A stretch of DNA of 64,000 nt from Planctomycetota bacterium (lineage in GTDB: Bacteria > Planctomycetota > Brocadiia > JAADGH01): assembly GCA_040755855.1 (NCBI GenBank), contig JBFMAD010000001.1, forward strand, positions 160,001-224,000. The letters run 5' to 3'. Both the position numbers and the translations under genes were made by a program. How positions within the stretch are numbered: the first letter of the stretch is position 1; the number at the start of each line of letters is the position of its first letter. The notes under the pieces were generated by a model that saw only the letters and a program-made list of their open reading frames with translations, did no database searches and was not told the DNA's origin. This document shows, in pieces, positions 19,365 to 29,572 of the stretch.

Positions 19365-22300
19365 ATGAAACGATTACGACTCGCGCCGAGCGCCGGCTTC
19401 ACGCTATTGGAAGTGATGATCTGCGTTGTCATGCTCGCCGTCACCTTCGTGGCGGCGGTAGGCTTTACCACCGGCGCATGGCGCTCCACGGAATCCAACG
19501 AGGACCGCGTCTTCGCCGTCCAGAAGGCCATCTCCATCCTGAACGAGATTCATTCCTTCCTCGAGACGCCCATCGAGGAGACCGATGGCGAGGGCAACAC
19601 CACCACCCGGGCGAAGACCATCATTGACTTGGACGCCCTTGACGACGGCGTCGTGACCACGCCCCTCCTTACCATCGAGGACGAGGTCACCGACCCCGGC
19701 CACGCCCTGAGCAACAACCTGCGCATGGAAGGCGAGCGTGATGATTGGGACAGCGGCGGCAAGACGGACTGGTGGAAATTCGAGCGACAGGTGATCGTCC
19801 GGCCCCTATACGAGCAGGGGATCATTGTCAGCCGCGATGTCCGAATCGTCCTTGTCAAGGTCTTCGGATACAGGAAAGACGGCCGCAAGGCCAGCCTCGC
19901 TGAGGTCGGCACGATTATGAGGACCACCGCCGAGGCCTACCCCACCACGCAGGTCTATGACGTCTATTGCATCGCCATTGACACCATCCCCGGCTGGTGG
20001 GTTTACATGTCTTACGTAAAACCCTTTATCGAGACCTGCCTGAAAGACCTCGAAAACCGGAACCCCGGCCTCGACATCCGGGAACACTGGATCACCAAGG
20101 CCGGCTACGGGCGCGACCCGGAATACGCCCCCTACTTCAACTCCGCCGCCGACTCCGAGCAACCTGTAGATCGCGTCTATTGGTACCCCAGCACGATGCC
20201 CGAGATCGTGACCGCGACAAACAGGGCCCGCGACGTGGACAAATACTACGCCCCAGATCGCGTCAAGGCCCGCATCAACGTAGATGAAGCCCTTCAAAAT
20301 GACTTTAACGCCGACAAGAACGCCTTCCCTTACGCCGTGGCCGACCAGTGGAACCATTCCCATCGCTTTACAGAGAACCGGGAATACTATGAAAAGCGCG
20401 GCGGGCGCGATGGAGAGGGCGAGCCGCCCTACAGCTACCTCCTCGACGATATGAGCCTGAACCCGGGCAACTACCTCAACGCCATCATCATCAACATCCA
20501 CGGCGAACTTATGCCCATCCCCCCCGTGCACAACTCCGCCGACGCAGCCAAAGACCCCGAGGACCACCCCGGCTGGCGCGTTGTCACCCATCCCGAAAAG
20601 ATCTGGACCGACAGCGACAACCCCGGCGACGCCGACGCAAACGGCACCCCCGACTGGGAAGACCCCAACGACCCGAACGCCTACATCAACCTCCGCGTGT
20701 ATGCCTGGGTGGCCCCCGGGCAGGACACCGCCGCCGGCGGCGCCCCATATCCCATGGCCAATGATGCCAACACCGTCAACCCCAACAAGCAGGGGTACTT
20801 CACCACCGATCCGAACAGCCATCCCAACACCCTTCTGCCCCTGGCAGGCATTGAATACATGCCCGGCGATGATCCCAGCGCAGCGGGCGGAAACAACGTC
20901 GCCAACAATAACGTGCCCATCACCCTTGCCATCGAGTTGGAAAAGCCCGGTGGAGAGATAGTTTCCTTAAACCTGGCCGATCCCTCCTTCCTCCCCGCCG
21001 ACTGCCCCAAGCCGAGGGTCTGGAAGGTCGAGGGCGGCTTCGACTTGGCCAAGGCCGACCCGGCGGACCCCACCCCCGCCCCGGATGGCCAGCAGGACGA
21101 TTACTGGGTTGCCGAGTGCCGCCTCTATGACGACATGACCCCCGGCCCCAACGGCGACGCGGTTCAGAAGTCCACCGTCGCCTATAATGGCGAGATGTAC
21201 GCCCGATTTGCCCCGGCAAATCCCGCCATAGGTCAGCCTGTGGATGCCGGCATCAGGAGCCAGCGCGGGATGTTCGGCGAGAACCGGCAGACCACCGTCC
21301 TCGAGCTCTACAACACCCCCCTCTACACCCCGCAGGTGTGCGCGCCAAACGGCGGCCCCAACTCCCTCAAGGGGCTCCTGAACCGCCGCGGCAGCGCCGG
21401 CACCCGGTGGCACCTCTACGAGATGGAGTACATCCCGTCCAGCCCCGACAACGGGATGTGGAGCGGCAGCGCCTTCACCAACGACTGGAGCGACAGCGCA
21501 GGCGTCTGCCCCTTCTATTATTCCGACAGCGACGGCGACGGGGACCTCGACAAACAAATCGCCACTACGGCCGCCCCCTGGAACAGCTTCCCGCTTTCCC
21601 TCCGAAGCCAGGGCCGGCCCCATCCCTACGTCCGGAACCTGGCCTGGCCCGGCTCGCCCGACGTCGTCTTCGCCAGAGGAAATTATACCAACGCCGCCAG
21701 CAATCAGACAAACAAGCTATCTCTGAGCGGAACCTCGTGGACCATTTCGGACGCCCACAGCGATGCGCACGACACCCGCGCCATCGTCGCGGGCGATGTT
21801 GACGGCGACGGCGACATGGATTTCATCGCCGGAAACTGGAGTACCAGCCAGCGACTGCGACTCTATCGAAACGACGGGTTCGGCGCCTTTACCGGCTCCA
21901 ATGCTGGCGACTTGTCAAACAAAACCACCGCCCTCGCCCTGGCCGACCTGGACGGCGACGGGGCGCTTGACATTGTCGAGGGCAACGGCGGAGCCAGCAA
22001 TCAGGACCTGAGCGCAGCCAACTACGTTTACTATGGCCAGTTCACGGATAACGGCGGCACCGCCGCCTTCGAACCCCATCTGGGCGACGTGTGGACCGGG
22101 TTCGAGAACGGGGTGGACATTGACGGCGGCACGAACCGCGACACGCGCGCCATCGCCGTGGGCGATGTGGACGGCGACCACGACCTGGACATCGTCGCCG
22201 GCAACGGCGCCCAGGTGAGCAGCGCCGGCCAGTTGAGCGTCGTTTACCTGAATAACGGCGACGGCACGTTTGCCGCGCCGGCGGACATCGGCTCCGCGGT

Positions 22301-24857
22301 CGGCCGCACCTATGCCATCGCAATAGCGCAGTTGAACGATGACAACGCAGACGGCTCAATCAACGACCTCGACTCGGCGGACATCGTCGCCGGCAACTGG
22401 GGCACGGCTTCCCAGCAGTATTGGAGCAGGATATACTTCAATCAAGGCGGCGGCGTGTTCACCGATGCAGGATCAATCACTCTGGACACGACGTATCGCC
22501 AGACCGACGGCGTCGCCGTCGCCGATGTGGATAATGACGGCGACCAGGATATCGTTCTCGGCAATTGGGCCTATCAGTGCAGGCAGTTCCTGAACGATGG
22601 CGCCGGGGGGTTTGCGACGGTGTCAAATGTGGACGCAACCGCCTACCAGACGCGGGCCATCGCCGCCGCCGACATGAACAATGACGGCTGGATGGATCTC
22701 ATCACGGCGAACTACGGCACCCTGGGCAGACTGTATATCAACAACAGGGCTGGCGGATTCCAGGCCGCGCAAACCATCACCACGTCCAACTACAACCTGA
22801 CTTCCATCGCGGTGGCCGAATTTGATCCTCCCCCGCGCAACACGGCGCGGTGGATCGTCCAGATCCCGAAGAAGGCCGTTCAGCAGGCCCTCCTGTCGGC
22901 GGGCGTGACAACGGGCGAAGGAGCGATTCGGGTTACCACCCGCATCGGCAACGATCTGACCACGGGCGTCTTCTGGCCCTTGCAGGCGAACCTGGCTGAT
23001 GATATCACCGGCCGGAACAAGCCAGCCAACGTGAGCCGGACGACAACCTGGTGGGTGAACGAATCCAAGAAGGTGCCCTTCTCGGAGCGCTACCAATTCA
23101 ACGGCGATCCGAGGCACTGTCCGTACGCCGACCTGCGGTACAACGGCGCCACCCCTCCGACGAATACGCCCTTCGCCGACGGGTACAACTGGTACTTCTG
23201 CGATCTCAAGGATGGGAGCGGCGACGGCGTGGCGGAGTGGGGCAACGGCTTCGAGGACGGCAGGCTGGAGGACGGATGGTCGAGCAACAACTGCGAGTTT
23301 GACGTGCCGCGGTACTTCTACTGGTTCCGCCAGGCCATCATCGAGAGCCGGGCCGTCTTCACCACGCTGACCGGCTTCTCCTTCTACTATATGTGCATGG
23401 GCGGCGAGGTGGGATATGACTCGGCCAACGGCCCATGTTTCGAGTACGGCGTGCCGGTAAACGCAAAGATATGGAACGGCGACGTGCAGGTGAACGGTTC
23501 GACCTGGAGCGGCGACGACCCGGCGGCGGAGACGCAGCTCAACGACAGCGGCTCGAGCGGCAACCGCAAAGGCGCGAAGCTGGTGGTCGCCGACTACGAG
23601 ATGCCCGCGGGCAGCGGCGTCCGGTGGTGGAGCAAACCGTGGCTGGGCGAGATCTACCCCGACCATCTCTACATGACGGAATGGCGCTGGCCGGAAGACG
23701 GCGAGCCGGCTGTGGCCGAGCTGCGCGGCAACCTCCCCACCGGAAATGGATCCGACACATTCCGATGGATGAGCCGCGGCTGGGTCTGCCAGAACAACTC
23801 GCCCTGGGCGGGCAACGGCCGGCCTTACGGCACCACCTACGATTTTTCCGTCCGGCGGTCGGAGACGCGGGGCTGCACGTCAATGTTCAACTCTGTGGCG
23901 GCCGGCGGGAATGCATTCCGACACATCTTCAAGGCCTACGGGAGCCTGGGCACACTGCAGCCGCCTGGAGAGCAGTTGGCGAATCGGTACTATTTCCCTG
24001 TTCCCACGCAAACAAAAATTAGCCGTCCCTTCCAGCTTAATGCGACGAACGACTTCCCGAACGAGTGGAACTACTATCCTTACAACCAGCGGAACCTGTC
24101 GGAGATTCCCTACCGGATGACGGACCCGGATACCGGTGCGCAGGTCCCGCAGAAGTTCTACAACCACAACGAAGACCCGGCCAATCTGATCGGCAGCGGC
24201 ATCGTCCGCACGATGGCCCCGGCCATAGACGCCGATGGCAACGCGAAGCTGGACAGCCTCGAAAAATGCGGCTACATCGTCGTCAACGGCATTGACAAGA
24301 CGACAGAGACGGGAACGGCGTTCATTGGGAAGTATTCCCTGCTGACGCTGATCCACAGCTTCCTGGCCTGCGGCCATCCGAACCTGCAGGACGCCACGAT
24401 TGACTATCGGATCACGCAGCTCCCGCGCGTCGAGATCAAGAGCCCGACGCTGGAGACGGAGCTGGACGACCCGGCGGGTCCCGAATCGGTGCAATGGGAG
24501 GTCAAGTGGCTCCGGTGGGACAAACAGCCGTACACCGCCGAATACGCCGACACCTTTGCCCAGGATGAGGGCGATCTGAAGTACGTCGTGATGTACAGCC
24601 GCGACAACGCGGAGACCTGGCAGTACATGTCCGACGACACCAACGTGCTCGCGCCGGACGGCCCGGGCCTCGGGTACCACTACAACGATCCGCACCTCCT
24701 TGCCGATTCCGTGGTCGGAGACGAAGTCTTCATGTGGAATATCGGCAACGAGACAAAGTTCCCGGAGGGCAGCTACCTGATCCGGGTGGAGTGCTACCGC
24801 GAGGGGTGCCCGCTGCACTATTCGTATCATATTGAGAAGATTTTCATCAGCAGATGA
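19365..24857 (+). CDS. giant prepilin-type (PilV-like) protein with inserted FG-GAP/VCBS propeller
   Basis: G|FTLLEVMICVVMLAV prepilin motif; GGAGG RBS; repeats DVDGDGDMDFIAGN, DLDGDGALDIVEGN, DVDNDGDQDIVLGN, DMNNDGWMDLITAN. Confidence 0.85.
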   Translation: MKRLRLAPSAGFTLLEVMICVVMLAVTFVAAVGFTTGAWRSTESNEDRVFAVQKAISILNEIHSFLETPIEETDGEGNTTTRAKTIIDLDALDDGVVTTPLLTIEDEVTDPGHALSNNLRMEGERDDWDSGGKTDWWKFERQVIVRPLYEQGIIVSRDVRIVLVKVFGYRKDGRKASLAEVGTIMRTTAEAYPTTQVYDVYCIAIDTIPGWWVYMSYVKPFIETCLKDLENRNPGLDIREHWITKAGYGRDPEYAPYFNSAADSEQPVDRVYWYPSTMPEIVTATNRARDVDKYYAPDRVKARINVDEALQNDFNADKNAFPYAVADQWNHSHRFTENREYYEKRGGRDGEGEPPYSYLLDDMSLNPGNYLNAIIINIHGELMPIPPVHNSADAAKDPEDHPGWRVVTHPEKIWTDSDNPGDADANGTPDWEDPNDPNAYINLRVYAWVAPGQDTAAGGAPYPMANDANTVNPNKQGYFTTDPNSHPNTLLPLAGIEYMPGDDPSAAGGNNVANNNVPITLAIELEKPGGEIVSLNLADPSFLPADCPKPRVWKVEGGFDLAKADPADPTPAPDGQQDDYWVAECRLYDDMTPGPNGDAVQKSTVAYNGEMYARFAPANPAIGQPVDAGIRSQRGMFGENRQTTVLELYNTPLYTPQVCAPNGGPNSLKGLLNRRGSAGTRWHLYEMEYIPSSPDNGMWSGSAFTNDWSDSAGVCPFYYSDSDGDGDLDKQIATTAAPWNSFPLSLRSQGRPHPYVRNLAWPGSPDVVFARGNYTNAASNQTNKLSLSGTSWTISDAHSDAHDTRAIVAGDVDGDGDMDFIAGNWSTSQRLRLYRNDGFGAFTGSNAGDLSNKTTALALADLDGDGALDIVEGNGGASNQDLSAANYVYYGQFTDNGGTAAFEPHLGDVWTGFENGVDIDGGTNRDTRAIAVGDVDGDHDLDIVAGNGAQVSSAGQLSVVYLNNGDGTFAAPADIGSAVGRTYAIAIAQLNDDNADGSINDLDSADIVAGNWGTASQQYWSRIYFNQGGGVFTDAGSITLDTTYRQTDGVAVADVDNDGDQDIVLGNWAYQCRQFLNDGAGGFATVSNVDATAYQTRAIAAADMNNDGWMDLITANYGTLGRLYINNRAGGFQAAQTITTSNYNLTSIAVAEFDPPPRNTARWIVQIPKKAVQQALLSAGVTTGEGAIRVTTRIGNDLTTGVFWPLQANLADDITGRNKPANVSRTTTWWVNESKKVPFSERYQFNGDPRHCPYADLRYNGATPPTNTPFADGYNWYFCDLKDGSGDGVAEWGNGFEDGRLEDGWSSNNCEFDVPRYFYWFRQAIIESRAVFTTLTGFSFYYMCMGGEVGYDSANGPCFEYGVPVNAKIWNGDVQVNGSTWSGDDPAAETQLNDSGSSGNRKGAKLVVADYEMPAGSGVRWWSKPWLGEIYPDHLYMTEWRWPEDGEPAVAELRGNLPTGNGSDTFRWMSRGWVCQNNSPWAGNGRPYGTTYDFSVRRSETRGCTSMFNSVAAGGNAFRHIFKAYGSLGTLQPPGEQLANRYYFPVPTQTKISRPFQLNATNDFPNEWNYYPYNQRNLSEIPYRMTDPDTGAQVPQKFYNHNEDPANLIGSGIVRTMAPAIDADGNAKLDSLEKCGYIVVNGIDKTTETGTAFIGKYSLLTLIHSFLACGHPNLQDATIDYRITQLPRVEIKSPTLETELDDPAGPESVQWEVKWLRWDKQPYTAEYADTFAQDEGDLKYVVMYSRDNAETWQYMSDDTNVLAPDGPGLGYHYNDPHLLADSVVGDEVFMWNIGNETKFPEGSYLIRVECYREGCPLHYSYHIEKIFISR

Positions 24858-24887
24858 CATCTAAAAACGTTTCAAAGGGATAACAAA

Positions 24888-26147
24888 ATGCGACCCAAGG
24901 CAGTAACCAACGCCGGTTTCTCACTGTTGGAAGTGATGATGGTGGTCGTCATCATGGTGATCGTGTGCGCCTTGTTCTATGAGGTGACGATGTACACCGC
25001 CGATGCGACCCAGTATGCGCTGGCCTTCAACCAGATGGCGTCGTCCTGCCAGAAGGCGTCCAACCAGCTCAAGGAAGACCTTGCCACGGCGAAGGAGGTC
25101 CTCGGCCTCCGGTTCGAGCCGGGCACCGATCCTCCTGTGGCTTCGGACACCTATGCGCCTAATATCCGCGTGGCCGAGTACCGCAGGGAACTGACCCTTC
25201 CCGCCGACGCCCCTCCTATCGGCGTGGAACTCGTGGCGAGGGAAGGGACGGGCATCCTGCCCGTTCTCGATCCGAACGGCGCCTTCGGTCCCGATGACGC
25301 GACCACGCAACGAACGGGCAACTGCCTGATGTTTATCAAGACGGATCCCGCCTTCTCGGCGCGGGCGCGATACGGCCCCGAGGATCAATTCGACCCGGAG
25401 ATAAACACGCGCCTCATCATGATTGACGTCTACCGCATCGTCTATTACTATCTCACCGTGATGCAAGGCGGGAATGTGGGTGGGATGGAAGACTCGCTCA
25501 GTCTTATTCGGTGGGAATCCATCCGCTTTGTGGACAAGGAACAACTTGAGTCCCTCGCCGAGCGCGATCCCCTTCCCACCCCGGAAGGCGCGACCCAGGC
25601 GGAGAAGGATGCCACACTGCCCGTCATGCAGTCGGATTTTATCCGACAGCTTGTGGAAGATGCGGGCATAAACTACTGCTGGGACACGACGCAGAATGCG
25701 GACACAGCGTTCTACGAACTCGTGCAGGACGCCGGCTCCGGCGACTATATGGTCGCCAGCGCCCCGATTTCCGCCTTTGAGGTATCGTCTTCGGACTTGA
25801 ACATCCCCATGTCCAAGTATGAGCACGTCGTCCTGAATCTTGAGGCTAAGCAGGCCACAATATCCTGGAACACTCAATCTAACCTGTTCATCGCCGGGAT
25901 GGGCGTAGCGTTCAGGGAGAACTACAAACAGTGGTTTCCTTTCAAGTCGCCGGTCATGGTGCCGCGTTTCGGCTATCCCGATATTTCTCTCGCGGGCAGG
26001 GGGTTCCCCCACGGCCTCGAGGTGCAGGTCATCGGCCCGTCCGGCGCCAGGCAGGTACTTGTGCGGCTTGTCCTCGTCAAAGAGACCATGCGGCACCGAA
26101 CGGCCGCTCACGAGACGGTCACGATCGTCGCCACAAGGGACTTCTAA
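24888..26147 (+). CDS. prepilin-type (PilW/GspJ-like) minor pilin
   Basis: G|FSLLEVMMVVVIMVIV prepilin cleavage/methylation motif. Confidence 0.82.
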   Translation: MRPKAVTNAGFSLLEVMMVVVIMVIVCALFYEVTMYTADATQYALAFNQMASSCQKASNQLKEDLATAKEVLGLRFEPGTDPPVASDTYAPNIRVAEYRRELTLPADAPPIGVELVAREGTGILPVLDPNGAFGPDDATTQRTGNCLMFIKTDPAFSARARYGPEDQFDPEINTRLIMIDVYRIVYYYLTVMQGGNVGGMEDSLSLIRWESIRFVDKEQLESLAERDPLPTPEGATQAEKDATLPVMQSDFIRQLVEDAGINYCWDTTQNADTAFYELVQDAGSGDYMVASAPISAFEVSSSDLNIPMSKYEHVVLNLEAKQATISWNTQSNLFIAGMGVAFRENYKQWFPFKSPVMVPRFGYPDISLAGRGFPHGLEVQVIGPSGARQVLVRLVLVKETMRHRTAAHETVTIVATRDF

Positions 26148-26177
26148 CGCAGGCGCGGCCTGCAATCCGGTGGCGCC

Positions 26178-27170
26178 CTATGCCTCGACGTCCTCCTCGC
26201 CAATCACGCATCTGCGATACGGCCCGACAAGAAACGAGTCAATCGTGAGTTGCGTCGCGTGGTAGATCAGGATCGGCAGGGCGATGAACACGAGCGTCTC
26301 ATCCGGCCGGGCCGCGGCGATCATCTCGGCGATGTAGATCCCCACTGGAAGCGTCTTTTGGCTGCCCCCAAACATGACGGCGCCGACATCCTCCGCCGGC
26401 GCGCCCAGGGACCGGGCGACCAGCGCGCACCCAACCAGCGCAAAGAGATGCCCCGCGCCCACGGCGACCACAAGCAGCGCCACGGTCGCGCCCGTCAGGC
26501 CCGCGCCCTCCGCCCGCGCCGCCGTCTGGCTTGCGTGGGACACGGCCACGAGGACCACGAGCAGGATAAGCAGCTGGCACACCCCGCTGATGACGCGCTT
26601 CCGCCGGTCGGCGAACGCGCCGAACCAAATCCGCAGGACCTGCCCCAGCGCCACCGGGATCACAATCGCCGTGAACAGGCTGGTCATGATCCGCCCGAAG
26701 GGCGGCGACACCGCGCTGCCGAGCGTAACCAACAGGATGATCGGCGAGAAGATAAAGCTCGTCAGGTTGCTCACAATGGTGATGGCCAGGGCCAGGGCGT
26801 CGTTCCCCCCGGCGAGGCGCGTCCAGATTGCGGCCGAAGCCAGGGTGCACGGCGTCGCCCCGCAGGCAATCAGGCCGAGCGCAAGGTCCGGATTTCCTGG
26901 GAAAAAGACTCGTCCGAGGAGATACAGGGACAGAGCGGTCAGGATGTATCCCCCCACCACCGCCGAGGCAAGGCCGCGAACATTGAGGAAACTACGGAAG
27001 ATCGCCCCAGTCTTCAGCGAGAAGCTCATCAGGAACAGCGTCGGCATGATAAACCACTGGATTGAGAGGCTCTTTCGGAGAAACAGGCCCGGGCCGGGGC
27101 AGAAGTAACCGAAAAGCACCGCGCCGACCAACACAAATAGAAACCATTGCTTGCGAACAAAGTCTCGCAT
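26178..27170 (-). CDS. bile acid:sodium symporter family (SBF-like) transporter
   Basis: PCTLASAAIWTRLAGGN, SQKTLPVG, LIYHATQL; ~9-10 TM helices. Confidence 0.88.
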   Translation of the reverse strand: MRDFVRKQWFLFVLVGAVLFGYFCPGPGLFLRKSLSIQWFIMPTLFLMSFSLKTGAIFRSFLNVRGLASAVVGGYILTALSLYLLGRVFFPGNPDLALGLIACGATPCTLASAAIWTRLAGGNDALALAITIVSNLTSFIFSPIILLVTLGSAVSPPFGRIMTSLFTAIVIPVALGQVLRIWFGAFADRRKRVISGVCQLLILLVVLVAVSHASQTAARAEGAGLTGATVALLVVAVGAGHLFALVGCALVARSLGAPAEDVGAVMFGGSQKTLPVGIYIAEMIAAARPDETLVFIALPILIYHATQLTIDSFLVGPYRRCVIGEEDVEA

Positions 27171-27183
27171 TATGCCGCGCTCC

Positions 27184-28062
27184 CTACTCGATGCTCCTTT
27201 TTCGGTATTCCATCGGTGTGCACCTAAAAATCTTCTTGAACATCCGATGCATGTGACTCTGATCCGTGTATCCCCACTGCTTCGCAATCGCGGCGATCTT
27301 AGCATCCGTTGTCGCCAGGTCGTGCGCCGCCCGCGCAACGCGCGCCCGCTGGACGAAGTCGCCGAAGGTGACGCCGGTCGTTCGCCGGAAGACCGATGCG
27401 AACTGTGACCGGCTGAGCCCCGCCGCCCGGCAGGCATCGGCTATGGTGACCTGCCGCGGCAGACGCTGCCGGACCATCGCCATGACCTGCTCGATGCGAT
27501 GAAAGTCCGTCGTCGTTCCTTCTGCCGATGCAGGCTCGGACTTTCGCAGTAGCGGAAGGAGGAGCCGCTTCAGGCACAGCCGCGCGGCCGCCAGGTAGTG
27601 GGGCCGGCGGAGACGGCACTCCTCCTCCAACTCGAGCGCGAGGCGCGTGGCCGCTTGCCCATCCTTGCGCGTCAGCGTGAGCCGCCGGTTCTCCGGCGCA
27701 TGATTCAGGAAGAGCCGTCCCCACGGCGCATCAACCCCCTCACCTTCCCACAGAAACTCCAACAGGAACGTGGCCACCACCGCGCGGGTGGGGGTCTTGA
27801 TCGTTTGATGACCATGCGGTTCCCACACGCCGCAAAGCCATACCTGACCGGGAGTTACGTGCCGAGATAGGCCCTCATAAATACGAAGGTATTCCCCCCG
27901 GAGGACCACGCCCACCTCGCAGGCCGAGTGCACGTCATAGGCCGGGCGCTCGTCCCTCGGGCGCTCCCCAATCCGCACCGAGATTGGTGCGTCGGGGCTG
28001 AGGGGCAGACGCATCGTCCTCGCCTGCGATAGGAAGCCTACGGCCTTTTCGTTTCTCGCCAT
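27184..28062 (-). CDS. AraC family transcriptional regulator
   Basis: Cupin N-terminus (HSACE, WEPH); GLSRSQFASVFRR...WGYTDQSHMHRMFKK...TPMEYR. Confidence 0.92.
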   Translation of the reverse strand: MARNEKAVGFLSQARTMRLPLSPDAPISVRIGERPRDERPAYDVHSACEVGVVLRGEYLRIYEGLSRHVTPGQVWLCGVWEPHGHQTIKTPTRAVVATFLLEFLWEGEGVDAPWGRLFLNHAPENRRLTLTRKDGQAATRLALELEEECRLRRPHYLAAARLCLKRLLLPLLRKSEPASAEGTTTDFHRIEQVMAMVRQRLPRQVTIADACRAAGLSRSQFASVFRRTTGVTFGDFVQRARVARAAHDLATTDAKIAAIAKQWGYTDQSHMHRMFKKIFRCTPMEYRKRSIE

Positions 28063-28211
28063 TCAGCACCCTCCATCCCACGATAGTGGACGATTATACA
28101 AGGAAAACAGTGTCCCGTCCAACCGTTTTTGATTGACGGTTCTCGGGAGGAGGGGTATACAGGTGCATGTTGGCCGTGTTGATGCGAACGGGACTTTTGG
28201 AGGAGTGTTCG

Positions 28212-29510
28212 ATGGCTAAGAGAAAGAAGATCGTTTTTCTCGGCGCGGGGAGCGCGATATTCACAGAACGCCTCATGGCCGATCTGATCCGGCAGAAGGA
28301 CATGCCGCACGTGGACGTGGTGATGCACGACATCAACCCGCGGGTGCTGAGATACATGACCGCTTACACCCGTATGATGGCCGAGCGCGAGGGGGCCGAC
28401 ATCACAGTCACCGGCGAGCGCAGCCGCGCGCGGGCGTTCGACGGCGCGGACTTCATCATCATCACGTTGACCGTGGGCGGAGGAAAGCAGGACCTCGTCA
28501 CCGTCGAGACGCCGTTGAAGTACGGGTTCTACCAACCCGTCGGTGACACGCTCGGCCCCGGCGGGCTGATGCGAATTTACTCCTCTTACTCAACCTTCAA
28601 GGGCTTCGTCACGGACATGCAGAAGTACTGCCCCCAGGTACTTGTAATCAACTTCACCAACCCGATGACCATGGTCTGCCGGCTGATGAATCGCCTGAGC
28701 GAGCACAAGGTGAAGGTGGTCGGCCTCTGTCATGGGACGTGGGGGATCACGAGGCAGATCGCGGCCAAGTTGAACCTCGATCCGCGAGAGATCAAGGTCG
28801 TCCCGGCGGGCGTGAACCACTTCATCTGGTTCTTGAAGATCACGCACAAGGGGAAAGATCTGTACCCGCAAATCCGAAAGGATCTGCTCGAAAAGACTGA
28901 CGGGAAGCTCTGGCCGGTCACGATGGAACTTCTTCGCATCTACGGATATTATCCCTCGCCGGGCTGCAGCCATCTCGCCGAGTTTGTGCCGTTCTATCTC
29001 AAGTCCAAGGAGACGATGGAGAAATACGGCCTACGACAGCGCGACAATCGCGAGACAAATCGGCGCAAGAACGAGGCCAGGAAGTTCTGCGAGGACGTTG
29101 TTAGCGGGAAGAAGGAACTGCCTCCGTTGAAGGACTCCGGCGAGATGGCCATGCAGATCATCCGCTCAACCGTCAACGATCTGGGCAAGACGTATTACGC
29201 CAATATCCCGAACAAGGGATACATCTCCAATCTGCCCGATGAGATCGTGGTGGAGGTGCCTGTTCGGTTCCGAAGGAACAGCTTCGAGGGCGTGAAGGTC
29301 GGCCCGCTGCCGCAAGGGATCAAGAGCCTCATCACCCCGATCATCGAGACGCAGGAGCTGGGCGTCGATGCCTCGATTCGCGGCGACCGCGCCCTTGCCC
29401 TTCAGGCGCTTCTCTCCGATCCAAACGTCAATGACGTCGAAAAGGCAGAGAAGATGTTGGATGATATGTTGAGAAAGTCGAAAAGTTACGTTCCTCAGTT
29501 TGCGCGTTAA
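28212..29510 (+). CDS. family 4 glycoside hydrolase (MelA-like alpha-galactosidase)
   Basis: KIVFLGAGS, GDTLGPGG, NFTNPM, VGLCHG, GVNHFIW. Confidence 0.92.
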   Translation: MAKRKKIVFLGAGSAIFTERLMADLIRQKDMPHVDVVMHDINPRVLRYMTAYTRMMAEREGADITVTGERSRARAFDGADFIIITLTVGGGKQDLVTVETPLKYGFYQPVGDTLGPGGLMRIYSSYSTFKGFVTDMQKYCPQVLVINFTNPMTMVCRLMNRLSEHKVKVVGLCHGTWGITRQIAAKLNLDPREIKVVPAGVNHFIWFLKITHKGKDLYPQIRKDLLEKTDGKLWPVTMELLRIYGYYPSPGCSHLAEFVPFYLKSKETMEKYGLRQRDNRETNRRKNEARKFCEDVVSGKKELPPLKDSGEMAMQIIRSTVNDLGKTYYANIPNKGYISNLPDEIVVEVPVRFRRNSFEGVKVGPLPQGIKSLITPIIETQELGVDASIRGDRALALQALLSDPNVNDVEKAEKMLDDMLRKSKSYVPQFAR

Positions 29511-29572
29511 ACTGAAAGGGCGCAAAGCGCAAAATGTTTTCCCGCAGAAGCCGTAGAAGAGGAAAATGAGTC

